Assembly: GCA_013239625.1 (NCBI GenBank) | Contig: MU056000.1 | Coordinates: 12,785,175 to 12,849,174, forward strand | DNA from: Lama guanicoe | Lineage: Eukaryota | Length of the DNA stretch: 64,000 bases | Direction of reading: 5' to 3' | Shown: piece after piece, positions 39,096 to 51,844 of the stretch | How the letters are laid out: the number at the start of each line of letters is the position of its first letter | How positions within the stretch are numbered: position 1 is the first letter of the stretch | Translations under genes and position numbers: made by a program | The notes under the pieces: model-generated | Database searches by the model: none | The model's input: the letters and a program-made list of their open reading frames with translations, nothing else | Told to the model about the DNA's origin: nothing

Positions 39096-39789
39096 GTAAA
39101 GGGATGGAATGAGTGGTGGGGTGAGGCTGAAGTGTCTGGCCTCAGAAAGCTCTTCTAAATCATGCATGCATAGTTGAAACCTGACTTTGACTCATAATCA
39201 TATTTCATAATGACAAAATTAAAGTTTTAAGTTACCATTAAGTAAAATTGATGCTCAGGAAGATGGGATATGTTCCTGTTTCCTACAGCTTCTCCAGTCA
39301 CTCAAGATTGCAGTTAATTTGGTTTGACCTTGTGCTTGGACCCACAAAGATCTTCCTTCCTCTGAACTCTTGTGATCTTTCCTGTAAAAAGCACCTGTTT
39401 TGACAATTCTCACTGCCTTATACAATCACTTTGAACAGTTTTGTGCATGTTATTTGGGTCCATCCTGAGAATGCAAGCATCTAGAGGTCTGTAGGAATGC
39501 CCCATCATGCTTACATAAGTGCCTGCCATGGTGCTAAATTTATGAATGAATTCCCTCAACATACTTGATGGCATTCAGAAGTTTTATGTAATTATCATGC
39601 TCGTTGGTAGAATGATTATAACAAGTGGTGTGTGTGCGTGTTTGTGTGTGTGCACGTGTGCACACAAACACTTGGTGGAGTTGAGGCAAGGGCAGAAATA
39701 TTTCGATGTAGGTTCATTTGCTCTCTTAAGTAGGAATGGTGGGAACACCTAACAAATGATTATGTATGTGTGTCTTGTAGACATATCTA

Positions 39790-40600
39790 CTGTAATACAG
39801 TACATGTGTTCCTAAAAAACCCCTCACGTTCTGTAGAATCATCAGCTTAAAATTAAAGGGACTTACACCAAAAACAGGGTCAAATGTAGGGTACTAAAAC
39901 CACAGGCAGCTTTGAAAAAATAGTCTAAGAAAAAATACTCCTAATAAAAATACCAGTAAAGCCAATCAGAGATTAACTTTCTAAGGTATAAACAAGTATT
40001 TCAATACATATTGGACTTAGAACAAACTAAATACAGCAACAGCTTGATGGAAAGGTTGAGATCGCTGAGTTTTGGAAAAACAGGTAGACTGCACAGAGAT
40101 GCCTCGGCCCTTCCAAGACAGCTAAAGGTTCAGCTGAGTCCAAGAAAAGAGCGTAGGGTGGATGGGTATGACACAGAGTACTAGATTTTTCCATGGCTGG
40201 CTGCATTCAGCAGTGGTAGCAACGTTTTAAGTTTAGCTGACATTCCATGAGACAAACCATGCTTACCTTGCTTAATTGATTTTATGTCCTTTGTTATCAA
40301 AGTATTTTAAGACTTTCTAATGGCTATGTTCTTTTTTTTTTTTTTTTAAGCTCTTTTGCTTTTAGTTTTTTCCTTTTTTTAACTTTTAGGAATTTCTTNN
40401 NNNNNNNNNNNNNNNNNNNNNNNNNNNNNNNNNNNNNNTTTTTTTTTTTTTCTTAAGCTCTGATGCGTTTAGTTTCTTCCATATCTGAACTTTCAGGAAT
40501 TTCATTTATATATAATGCCGAGTGAAGCATGGTGAATCACTCTATGTGCTTTCTTATGGCTAATCAGAAGTTCATGTATTCTAACTCTTGTTTTGATAAT
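39790..40600 (+). mobile_element. Old Tigger-like (TcMar) DNA transposon remnant spanning the gap
   Basis: tgtgttcctaaaaaacccctcacgttctgtagaatc...aaagggactta...aaaaacaggg resembles an old Tigger 5' end. Confidence 0.4.
40399..40438. other. Assembly gap (40 N)
   Basis: Run of n read directly. Confidence 1.
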
Positions 40601-41889
40601 ATGAAAATTAGAATTCTACATATATTTATACATTTATATTTTTCTAGTAAAATAATGGATTTATAAATAATATCTATTTTAGATAGTGAAACAAGGTAAA
40701 TGCTATGTTACTAGTATATAATAAATTAAAAAATGGATTGTAATGTAGCTTGATAAATATATTTATCTTTCTATTTAATATTAAATTGTGTTTCTGATTG
40801 CTTTCTTAGCAAAAAAGTTATGATTCATTGAGATTCATCAAATAAATTTTATCCAAAGCTCCTAGGCTTACAGGATAATGGACTTATGCTAGTATGGTGA
40901 TTGATGATTGATTCTAGTAATTGAGTGTCTTTCCCCAAAGTTACCCTGGAGAGACTCATCTTCAAATAATAGTCAGCCATAGCTTTAAGAGATTTTCACT
41001 TTGTAATTTGGGTTGCTCCACTGAGGAGCCTGAGATATTGAACTGATTACAGGTGAATGACCTTTGTGTCATTTACTTCCTTGACTATGTGGGTGGGTAG
41101 TACAAACAGTGAATTCTATTTTGAATTAGATAATTCTTACTTAGTCAAACACTGTATTAAGTCTTTTGAAATATTCTTTACTAAAAGTATTCCTTCGAAC
41201 TATAACCAGATGTTTAAAAATAGAAATGAACATATTCAGGCTGAGAATGCTACTCAGCTATCTTTAAATACAATAATTCATTTTTAAGTAAGATTTTTGT
41301 ATGATTTCTGTGATCAAATAGCCATTTAACAAAATTAGCATCATGTATTTTTTGGCTTCAAATTTTTTCATTCCTTATTTTCTTTGAGCATAGTTTTATG
41401 AATAATGTTACTCTAAAGTAAGCTAACTGAACTAAAAAGAATATAATTTTTCTGACCTGGTAACAAAATTTTCAAACTTTAGGATTTTAAGATTATTGCT
41501 ATATTTTCCAGTTTGACCATGAACAAGAATCCCCAAACCTTCTTTGAAATGATTATTGAGCTATTAAGAAGCATAAAATAAAATAATTTCTAAAGTTGGA
41601 ATATGGTAATCATTTTCTTCCATTAAGAAAATGACAGTCGAAATATGTGTGTTCTGCCAATCTCCTTTTCTTGTTCAAAATTTTGGTATATAATGATTTT
41701 AAAAATATATTTTAGAGTATTTAAATAAAGATAAATTGGAAGACTTAAAATCAGTTCTGTTTATTTTGTGGTTAGTTGACTTAATTAAAATTAACTTTAT
41801 TTTCAGTGTTGAGATTGTAGTTTTGGAAAATATTTTTGAAAATTATTTTGGTTATGATCAATATTCAGAGATTATTTTTGCTACTTCTT

Positions 41890-42590
41890 CTTGCTATACT
41901 GGCTAAAACTGAATAGATTATAAATGTCAAATGTTGAAGGGGATGTAGAGCAATTGGGACTCATACATTGATGTTTGGAATAAAGAATGGTACAACTAAT
42001 TGGAAGAGTATGATAGTGTTTTAGTAAATTTATGCATGTGCTTACTCTGTGACATAGCCATTTCACTACTGGGTACTAATCCAAGAAAAATAAAAACTTT
42101 TGGACACAAAAAGACATGTGCTACAATATTTTTATCAGCTTTGTCCTATAATAGCCCACACACTGATCCTCAGGTGAATGGATTAACAAATTATGTTATA
42201 TGCATACCCAGAGTACTAGGCAATAATGAAAAGGAATAAACTATTGATACTCACAACAGTTTGCATGAATGTCAAAACATTACCTTGGACAAAAGAAGCA
42301 AAAAAAAATGGTATATAGTATATTGTATATATTTCCACTTGTACAAACTTGCAGCATACACAAACTAAGGAATGGTGCAAAAAATCAGAAATGTAGTTGC
42401 CTGGAGGAAGCAGGGAATAGACTAGAAAGGGACATGAAGAAACTTTATGGATAATAGAATTGTTCTTAATTAGTGGTGCACACATGTGTGATTGCATTTA
42501 TCAAAATTCAATAAACTATGTGCTTAAAATCAGTACATATTACTGTATATAAATTGAATTCAATAAAAGTAATGAAAAAGTAAAAACAAA
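41890..42590 (+). mobile_element. L1ME/L1MD-like ORF2 end and 3'UTR
   Basis: Translation LLCDIAISLLGTNPRKIKTFGHKKTCATIFLSAL (compare PYDPAIPLLGIYPREMKTYVHKKTC); A-rich end. Confidence 0.85.
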
Positions 42591-43848
42591 AAAATCATCT
42601 ATTATTTGACATAACAATAACTGGCTAATGTTGAATTTAAAATAACTGCAAGTTTATATAGAAAGATCTGTTTTACATAAAAAATGTGACCACGGTGACA
42701 ATACAATTTAATATCTAAATTAAGGAGCTTTTGAGAGTAAAATAAATACTACTCATGATTTTGCTGGGTTAAACTTTGTAAATCAGGACCTTTCTGGGAA
42801 AATTAGCAATTGTAACTTGAGTTATGACTCATTTACAAAACTTGTGACTTAAAGGTCTATAGAACAACTACTTGTAGAGGTAGACTCACAACCTGATTAT
42901 TTATATCTTTGGAAAATTCAAGGGCAGCTGATAATTTTCAGTAACTGTTAGTACCATGATGGCATGGAGACCTTCAGTAGTCACAACTGAAAATGTGGTA
43001 TGAATCAGACACACCCAGTGATGTCTATGAATCTAATGATTCTGTTACTGAAATAGCTGAACCAGTATGACTCTGTTCATCTCTCATCCACATTTTTGCA
43101 TCTGAGCTCACAGATTCATTAGATCGCTGCATTGTTCACACTCCAGACTTTTCCAGATGACACATGGAATTATTCCACCAGTTGGAGTGCTAGCCTACAG
43201 AACGTGATTTATCTCTCAATCAGTGACTAGTATGTGCTACTATTTTCCCCATTGTCAGACTATGACAGAAATATTTACAGGGTGGAGTGGGGACACCAAA
43301 AAGTAGAATTATAATCAAATTTTTAAATCTGAAGGGGCTTTCTGGAGAAAGTGATATTTGAACTAGTTTTTAAGGATAGGTAAGCATTACATAGACAGAT
43401 AAAAGCAGAAACAAAGAAAATAGCATGAAGAAATGTGCTGAAATTTCAAATAGCATGATATTTTCAAAGTACTGATGGAGAAAGGAGAGTGTGAGGGGAG
43501 AGGAAATGGTAAAAGTAACATTAAAAAGTTTTCTACATTCAAGTTTCTTTATTTAGTTTTATGAGGGTGTGATAGGGCCCCTAGTCTTTAAGTGCCTCAG
43601 TATGTAATCAATTAAATTTATAGGCAAACACCAAATTTCTCATTGGAATACTAGATAATTTTTAAAGAATAATTTTCAAGTGTAGTGTACTTTTTATGTA
43701 GCACAGTTTTATTGTAATCTATGAAAACATTATAATCTTTATTTAGTAAATTTTTTCTCCACTTTGTTTTTACGAATTGAAAAATAGCCCATATAAGTTA
43801 ATATGAGCTAGTATTTTAATATATTTGAACAGGATTAATAAACACCTG

Positions 43849-44110
43849 TGTATGAGTTAGTTATTGCTGGGTAACAAACTATTCTAAAACACAATGGCTT
43901 AAAATAACAATCATGGATTATTGCTCATAAGTCTATGGTAGGCTGGGCTCACTCATCCATCCACAGTCAGCTGTGGGTGAGATGTCACTGCTGATCTCAG
44001 TTATGTTCCATCACATGTTTGGGATCAACTTGCTGTCAGTTGGTCTGGAACAATGTCACTTTTCTCCACATGGTCTCTCATCACTTTGTAAGCTAGTCTG
44101 AGTTCTTAGA
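43849..44110 (-). mobile_element. MaLR LTR fragment (MLT1F/H-like)
   Basis: tgtatgagttagttattgctgggtaacaaactattctaaaac..atggcttaaaataacaa...ttattgctcat. Confidence 0.75.
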
Positions 44111-44280
44111 GAGACAGAAAATATGAGCAGCCTTGAAAACTGAGAGGATATGAAAGTGGATAGAAGAGTGGGACGTACCATTCCAAAACAGACAAAGAAA
44201 TGCTATGAGCAGAGATCAGACTATGTGTGGAAGTTTAGGAAATATAATGAAGAAATGAGTCTCACTGAAGCAATAGGATA

Positions 44281-44640
44281 TGTATTAGTCACCACAGCCA
44301 AAATAATGCAGCCACATAACAAACTGTTAAAAACTCAGTGGCTGGGGTGATTCATTCAAGCTGCTATCAGCTGAGATTGGCTCCAGGCAGTGGATTGGTT
44401 TAGGTATGCTCCATGTTTGTTCTTTTGGGGCCCAGGCTAAAGGGGCATCCACTACTGAAAAAACCTCTTCTTAAAGCAGATCACTGTAGTTTAAGATCCA
44501 AGCAAAAACAGGCAATCACAGCTAAAGTCGCTGTTTGCATCACATCTGTAAAATTTTTATTGGCTATTAGTCACATGGCCAAACAGTATCAACAAGGCAG
44601 GGGCATAGACTCTACCCACTACAAGAGGGTGGTTGTTTTA
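44281..44640 (-). mobile_element. MaLR LTR (MLT1H/I/J-like)
   Basis: aaactcagtggct...gggcccaggctaaaggggca...cacatctg...attggctattagtcacatggccaa. Confidence 0.7.
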
Positions 44641-44753
44641 TAGCAATAACCCAAAATGTCAAAGAGTATATTTGGTGAAGTAAGGGAGAAATGAGGACCT
44701 AGAAACCAAGTGAAAACATCATTTAGGTTGAATAATTGTGGTGCAGTTGGAGG

Positions 44754-45328
44754 TTGTGACGCATATGGTATTTTCCAAGGTGACAACATTGATATCTCCC
44801 ATCCCACACACTTGTCACAGTGTGACAGTGAGACTCCTCACATCACGTGATGAGGTCTATAGCCACTACCCTTGATTTTAGGCCAGCCTTAGTGACTGAC
44901 TGAGAACAAGTATATGGTGAAAGGGACACTATGATATTTTCAAGTCTAGGTTATAAAAGGCCATGTAGCTCCTGCTGCCTTCACTGGAACAATCACACTA
45001 GACCTAGAGCCCTTCACTGCCACGTCAGCTCTCTGACTGTCCCCAGGCGCCCATGCTGTGAGGAAGCCCAGAGTGCCACCTGTAAGAGGACCACATGGAG
45101 AAGTTCTGACACTGCATAAAGATGAAGTGATGCTTCACTCATCCCAGTCACTTCAGTCCCAGTGTTCCAACTCCAGCCTCCCCTCACCACAACCTCATAG
45201 AAGACTTCCTGTCAGACCACCTGTGGATTCCTGGCCTCCAGGAACCATGAGAGGTAATTAAATGAGCATCATTTGAAGTCACACAGTTTGGGGATGATTT
45301 GTTGTGTAGCAATAGGTAACTGGAAACA
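44754..45328 (+). mobile_element. MaLR solo LTR (MLT1G/H-like)
   Basis: tctcccatcccaca...ctaggttataaaaggccatgtagct...ccatgctgtgaggaagccca...gtttggggatgatttgttgtgtagcaataggtaactggaaaca. Confidence 0.85.
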
Positions 45329-47035
45329 TATGGTTGGGCATAAACACCAGGAAGAGAAATCTGAGCTAAGTTTAATAAGCCAGGAACGACCGCAGAAAAT
45401 CTGTTGGGTAGAAGAATAGCCAGATAGATGTGGTGTTTTAGAAGTCCAGGCAAATGTCTGTGTGCAGGATCGCCTGATAGCAGGGGTGCCTGGAAGTGCA
45501 GAAATGATCTCAGTGTTCCAGGCACCGAATGAACAGTCTTTGGCAAGGTTGAGCTTTTGCTATTTACAGAAACATTTCTCTTTGTACAGATAGAAATGTT
45601 TTAGAGAAGTTGCCTATGTTGATTTTGGGAATTTACTCATTTTTTAAGGATCTTGACCTCTTAATGAACACCCTACTGAGTCATTTTATGAGAAATGTAT
45701 TTATCTCCTTATAAATGTTTCATAAATGTGAGTTTTCATTAATTGGTTCAGTGACCTTATCCATTAGTCATTTTGTTCATTATTTTAAAATCTCCATTTA
45801 GCACTGCTACTGTGTAGAAACCAAGAGATTTTAGTAGCATCACATGATGTAAAATTAATGAGCTAACATCAAACTTTCCCCCCCAAATGATTTAAAGCAG
45901 CAAGCTTTAATATCCACTTCAGCAATCAGTACATTTCACAATGTAGTACCCTTTAGTCCAGCGCCACTAGCACATCGTTAGATTACAGTGGTGAGTCCTT
46001 GAGACATCTTTGCATCACTGCTGATGCTCAGTAGGTATCTCAGACTGTGAAGCATGTGATTTTGCAGCACATGTAACCCAGCAGGTCAGTATTCCTCTCT
46101 CTAATCGAGGATCACCTCCCTCTATTACTCTAGGAAGAGAAGAGGGGTTATCTTGCTGCCCTCATTGTGTCTGATATCAGCCTGCTCCCCAAAATCGCTC
46201 TTTCTCTGTTCCCTGCCCTCCCTTAAACTGTCTCCCTCAAACTCACTTCACTGCCGTCCAGTGCTTAATCAACAACCCTCCCCCTTGGCCATTTCCTGCA
46301 TTGGGGGCCAGCTGAGAGGGATATGTGGGGCGGGCTATGCGTCCCTTCATTTCCTGGTGTTTTATTCCCAAGAACCCTTTTCCAGAAAGCTCTAGGAAGT
46401 ACCACACTCTACCAATGATACCAAAAGAAAAAGTTAAAACTAAGACAGAAATATTTCAAACTGCACACCAAGTATTTGATGCCTCAAAAGCCACATTTCA
46501 TGCTCAGAGTGTCCTTGAATGTCCACCCTGGTCTTGTCTCTGTGCCTCTCTTTGAGAGCGATTTTCTCCTTTTTCTAATCTCCATCATCAAAGCTTTACC
46601 TTTCTTCTGGGGAATTCTATTCACTCAGCATAGATTTCGTGTCAGGATCCAGCCTCTTGCTCTACATCTTCCAAAGTCAAAAGTACTTATTTACTCAAGA
46701 GTAATTAAGGGAGGGGACATTAGCAGGAGTCAGTGGTGGCATGTAGCCTGCCAAGGGTCATAGGTAGTTCAGAGCTCTCTAAGTCCCCTTCCCCATTTAT
46801 TCACCAGTATAAACTGCAGACTTTTTAATCTTCAGATTGTAGAATCTTCCCCCATTTTGGAAGTGATATAACCTAGCTCCTCACATTGAGAAAGAGAGGC
46901 ATTCCTAATCGTGTTTAAGTCAGAGATGCTTCTTCCCATTATTTTGAAAGTGGTGTTTGTTTACTCTGTTCAGTTTTTTCCTCTGTCCCCCCCACATTTT
47001 GTCCCATCAGGTCTGTTTAGAATTGGAATAGATCT

Positions 47036-47306
47036 GGAGATGAGCCACTGAATTTTTAAAGTGGCCATTCTCTTTAGCTGCAGAAAATATTTAGGAAAAT
47101 TTAGAAATTAGCTCAATTAAATATCAAAGAAACATAACTGATCCTTGTCTGGGAGAAAGAGGAAGGTAAGGGAGATGAGCCACTGAATTTTTAAAGTGGC
47201 CATTCTCTTTAGCTACAGAAAATATTTAGGAAAATTTAGAAATTAGCTCAATTAAATATCAAAGAAACATAACTGATCCTTGTCTGGGAGAAAGAGGAAG
47301 GGTAAG
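47036..47306. repeat. Near-perfect 135-bp tandem duplication (2 copies)
   Basis: 47036-47170 vs 47171-47306 differ by one substitution (agctGcag/agctAcag) and one extra G near the end. Confidence 0.97.
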
Positions 47307-48114
47307 TTTAGCTTTCTATATAATAGAAGAAATCTCTGAGTAGCTTCTAATTATTTTTGCTTGATGCTTGTTAATTAATAAAGCAGAATGCATTGCTGCC
47401 TAGTACCCTATTTTATTCATTTATTCGTGAGGTTGGACTATGTTAAATGACTAAGGGTTTGCCATGTGAAGATTTGGAATAAGAGCATTCCTGACTTCCC
47501 CAAACGCAGCTGTTGCAAACACAAAAATGACTTTAGAATGTCTGAGGAAGGAATGAAGGCATGCAGGAATGGGGTCTAGAATAGATCCTAAATATTTTCC
47601 CAACACCTTTACTTTAGAAAATAAAGAATGGAGGGGGTATTTCATTTCCAAAATTGTGTATTCTTACTTGGAAAAAGAACTGAAAGTAGAAGGCTACTTT
47701 AGGTCTTTCTTTTCTTGACCATCAACTATGTTCAAGATTCATCCCAAATCGAGGAAGACTGGAGGAATAAGAGAAGAACAACTTTGGAGGAGACTTAGAA
47801 TATTTTGAACCTTTTCAGAGTAAGGAATAAGAGAAAACTTTTTTAGCTTTCGACCCTGGGAACTTGATCTGGTTTTCCAACATGTCTCTGCGGTTCAGCA
47901 TTTAAGGTGCTGATGTTGAAACCTGTACTTCAGCTAATATATTGCTTTCCCCTTTCTGGGAGAAATAGCTCAGGTTTTCTGTGTTTAATAGCTTAGGTAG
48001 ATCACCAGGGGAAGTTTACTAATAAAAGATTTTGGAGAAAAAGTAGGAGAGAGAGACTGGCGTGATTTTTAGTATCAGCCTGCAAATGGTCCCCCTGGGG
48101 GGCATTGCTGTCTC

Positions 48115-48161
48115 CTGTCAATCACAAAAATTCTCTCGGCTGTCAATCACCAGCTGACTCA
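48115..48161. promoter_or_regulatory. Enhancer-like motif cluster: 2x PBX-MEIS/PREP decamer, E-box, AP-1
   Basis: CTGTCAATCA at 48115-48124 and 48140-48149; CAGCTG at 48151-48156; TGACTCA at 48155-48161. Confidence 0.45.
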
Positions 48162-50169
48162 AGGAACTTGCATATTCTGTGCTGGAGACTTTTTTTTTTT
48201 TTTTAAGCAGCATGAAGCTACACCAAAGTACTGTTGAAATGATGGATATATAATAAAATGCTTGCTTGAAGAATCTGCAACCAAATAAATCATATTCTCC
48301 TTCTTGTCTAATGGTCAAATTCTTTCCAGTCTTTTAATTGGCTTTCATGTACTTTATACTTAAGAATGGATATATGTGTGTAGTGATCTTTTTACTTTTT
48401 AGGAACCTTGTAGAAAATAAATTATTTGTTAGGTTTTCATTGAGGTCATGACTTTCAATGACTGTAGGTCATTGATTTCACACATACACACAATGTGGGC
48501 TTTCTTCGTGGGAAAGCTTTTATATCTTACAAATTTCTTAAATACTTCAACTATAAAAATGTTTGTGAAATGTTCAAATCTTAAGTTTTTAATTCAAGTT
48601 TAACTTAATTAGTTACAAGATGAAATCTGGCGTTCCTCCTTTCCTTGCATTTCAGTAAATACGTGGTATGGTTGCTCTTCTAGTTCACACGTAGACTTCT
48701 GGAGAGTAACCAGTGAAATGATCAAGCACAGAGAACTATATGTAATGGCTGAATTCTGAATAATCATCCTATTTACAGAGAGAATTTAGATATTAACTTG
48801 AGGGGCTAAGAAACTAGTGGAACTGCCAAATGAGAACATATTATCGGAGGTAAAATAGAATGAGATACTCCTGAATCCTTTTGTGGTTGGGCTGTTCACT
48901 TTGCTAGGAGGGGAAGTCTGGGACAAATGACCTCCTGCTGGGTGGAGAGAAAGTGTCCACTCTCCTGCATTCTTTCTTGATCAGCCATTAACAGAGTTGA
49001 GCATGACTCTATTCCTCCCCTCATTTGCATTCATTTTTACTTAAATATGCAGTCTCTCCCCTCTGCAGCCTTGGATTCCAGCTGTCTCAGTGGTTGTCGG
49101 CCCCTTGGCTCAGATGTTGCTACTTACGTCATGGTGGTGTCAATGTTGGATTCCATCTTTTCATTTATATTTATGAGATTTTAAAAATGTATTATATCTG
49201 TAAGCTATTAAAAACTCCATAATTAGTGGAGTTTCAACCATTATTTTACATACAGATAAACTGGATAATGTGAAAAAGCCAGAAATCTAGCATTTGAAAA
49301 GTTAACAACCAATACGAAAAAACACAGGCTAGATGAAACCCCTACAATGTACAAATATCTCATTGCAAAGTCAAGTTGTTTAGTTTTCCTTAATTTAAAC
49401 AAAACTGTCCAAAGTATCTGTCATTAAATTTATTTTTATCCTTCTTATAGGGGAGTTCAGACATTCCAATATGTATCTGTGAACACAGCCTAAGAAGTAA
49501 ATGCAATTTTGTCTGTTGACAGAGAAGATGAGCCCTTGCTGATGGCAATCATGTATCTTCTAGTTCAATATCCCTCCTCCCCTCCCACTCCAAGAATAAA
49601 GCACAAAAAACAGGCCATCAGTCAATCCTCCACGAATGCCTTGTATTCATGTACAATTTGAAAAAAAAAAACTATCCTTTATCTATGGATCTGTCTTTTT
49701 TCACACTTTCAATGTGCCTAATGACCCTGCCTTTTAAAGCAGAATTTTATTTTCATACCAATATGAGTAAACACATTCCTAGAACATTACTCTTGATAGA
49801 TGTAAGGTGAAGTAGTTAAGGAACAAACCATTTTTTTAGCTGAGTAATTTGCTATAGTTCTAATACAACGCCATATGTAACTTGGAAGCTCAATAAATGA
49901 CTTTGATGAATTCTATTCTGCTAGAGAGAACACTCCTCCTGTTTACCATTTCAGGTTTTTTGAGGTGAAGATTAGGCAGGTCTTCAGTATTTTGAAGATG
50001 TTGAACCAAGCCCAGCATAATCTGTTGGAAGAAAAATCTGCGTTTTTTTCCCCACAATTCTGCACATCTTGAGAAGAGAAGCACTGACCATCTCTCTCCT
50101 GGGCTGTCTTTTCAAACATACTCGTGTAGCAAACAGCCTTGGAAGACAGAAGTAACTTCACCTCTGGAG

Positions 50170-50343
50170 CAAACAACAAGGACCTACTGTATAGCACAGG
50201 GAACTATATTTAATACCTTGTAATGACCTATAATGAAAAAGAATATAAAAATGAATATACATATACATATATATATATGAATCACGATGCTGTACACCAG
50301 ATATTAACACAACATTATAAATGGACAACACTTCAATAAAAAA
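50170..50343 (+). mobile_element. Short L1 3' end (artiodactyl-type)
   Basis: aaacaacaaggacctactgtatagcacagggaactatatt...gctgtacaccag...cttcaataaaaaa. Confidence 0.9.
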
Positions 50344-50559
50344 GGATACACCACTTTATAGGAAAATATATCAAATGCCCTGCTGGTTAGTACACAAAGG
50401 TGAATTATTGAGAGAATGAGAATGTACTGGAACCTACATTGAACTTCACTGCTTCCCAGCCTCCAGCTTTCATGGTGGGACATCCTGCAGGAGAAGATCT
50501 TGTTGTCCTCAGGGAGCTCAGCTCAACCTGGGGAAAATGCTGAAGATGCTGACCCAGTA

Positions 50560-50800
50560 GGTCTGGCAGGAGCTGAAGGAACTGTGGGTGGAGGGTGTCC
50601 AGCACGAACCAGGTGAGCGCAGGTGAACAAGGACGATGGAAGTGAGCCTCACCAGCCACACAGGCTGCCAGGGCTCAGGGCACAGGAACAGGCTGCTGCT
50701 GCCCTTTCACCTTCCAAATCTCATGCAAAATGCCACAGGAGGCTCACACTGACTCAACTACGCAGGGAAAGGAATCCTGGAGAACAGAGATCCAGGAGAG
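50560..50800 (-). mobile_element. Old MaLR/ERVL-type LTR fragment
   Basis: ccttccaaatctcatgcaa...gcagggaaaggaatcctggagaa motifs. Confidence 0.4.
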
Positions 50801-51313
50801 CTCAGTGGATGATACTTCAGCTCCACCACCAGCAAGCACCTAACCAACTACACCTCACCATAATTGAGACACAGGATGAACTTCCGTGTCTTTCAACAGT
50901 ATTATAAAACATTGAAAAAAAATGATATTTGAGTATTTGTCTGTTTCTACCTGTGGCCAAATGAACAAAACCCCTATCTATGTAAAATAAACCTTTTGCT
51001 TTAGAAATTTCCGTTTCATTTATTCCACGAACTTACATGCAGTGAAATTAAGCTGAGCCTCAGTTTCCTTATTAGTAAGAAAGGGGAATGATACAAATCA
51101 GTGTCAGTTAGGGACTGCTCTGCCATCACCTAGCCTGTCACCCCGAGCAAGTTTCCTCACCTCTGTGAGCCTTCCTTTCTTCATTTATCAGATGGGTGTG
51201 GGAAAACTCAGTGCTCAGATCCACCTTCTTCGGGAAAGATTTTCTAAAATCTCTAATCAGTAATATGATTCCTGAAGAATTCTTCTTAGAAAGAACATTT
51301 TAGAATTCTCAAA

Positions 51314-51844
51314 TAAGACCTTTTCTCTTGATTGATTGATCGATTGATTGATGTCTGTTTGCAATGTTGTGTCAATTTCTGGTTACAGCATAATGCTTCA
51401 GTCGTATATATACATACATAAGTTCCTTTTCATATTCTTTTTCATTATAGGTTACTACAAGATATTGAATGTAGTTTCCTGTGTTATACAGTAGCAACTT
51501 TTTAATCTATTTTCTATAGTTAGTATCTGCAAATCTCAAACTCCCAATTTATACCTTTGCACCCCCTTTCCCCAATTGTAACCGTAAATTTGTTTTCTAT
51601 GCCTGTGAGTCTGTTTCTGTTTCATAAATAAGTTCATTTGCCTTTTTTTTTTATTTTAGATTCCGCATATAAGTGATATCCTATGGTATTTTTCTTTCTT
51701 TTTCTGGCTTACTTCAGTTAGAATGACAATCTCCAGGTCCATCCACATTGCTGCAAATGGCATTATTTCATTCTTCTTTATGGCTGAGTAGTATTCCAAC
51801 ATACCACAACTTCATTATCCAGTCATCTGTCAACTAAGACCTTT
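51314..51844 (-). mobile_element. Young camelid-type L1 3' end with TSD; tail region contains (GATT)n
   Basis: gcaatgttgtgtcaatttctggttacagcataatg...ggtccatccacattgctgcaaatggc; TSD TAAGACCTTT at 51314-51323 and 51835-51844. Confidence 0.92.

Noticed and set aside
46090..46763. GC-richer stretch with several 76-95 aa ORFs
   Set aside because: No homology recognised; probably an old LTR or unique non-coding DNA
47894..47914. REST/RE1 or MARE-like site (TCAGCA...TGCTGA)
   Set aside because: Only a REST left half-site without GGACAG; half-sites are in the wrong orientation for a MARE
49955..50072. Acceptor-preceded open frame FFEVKIRQVFSILKMLNQAQHNLLEEKSAFFSPQFCTS*
   Set aside because: No recognisable homology and no supporting partner exons
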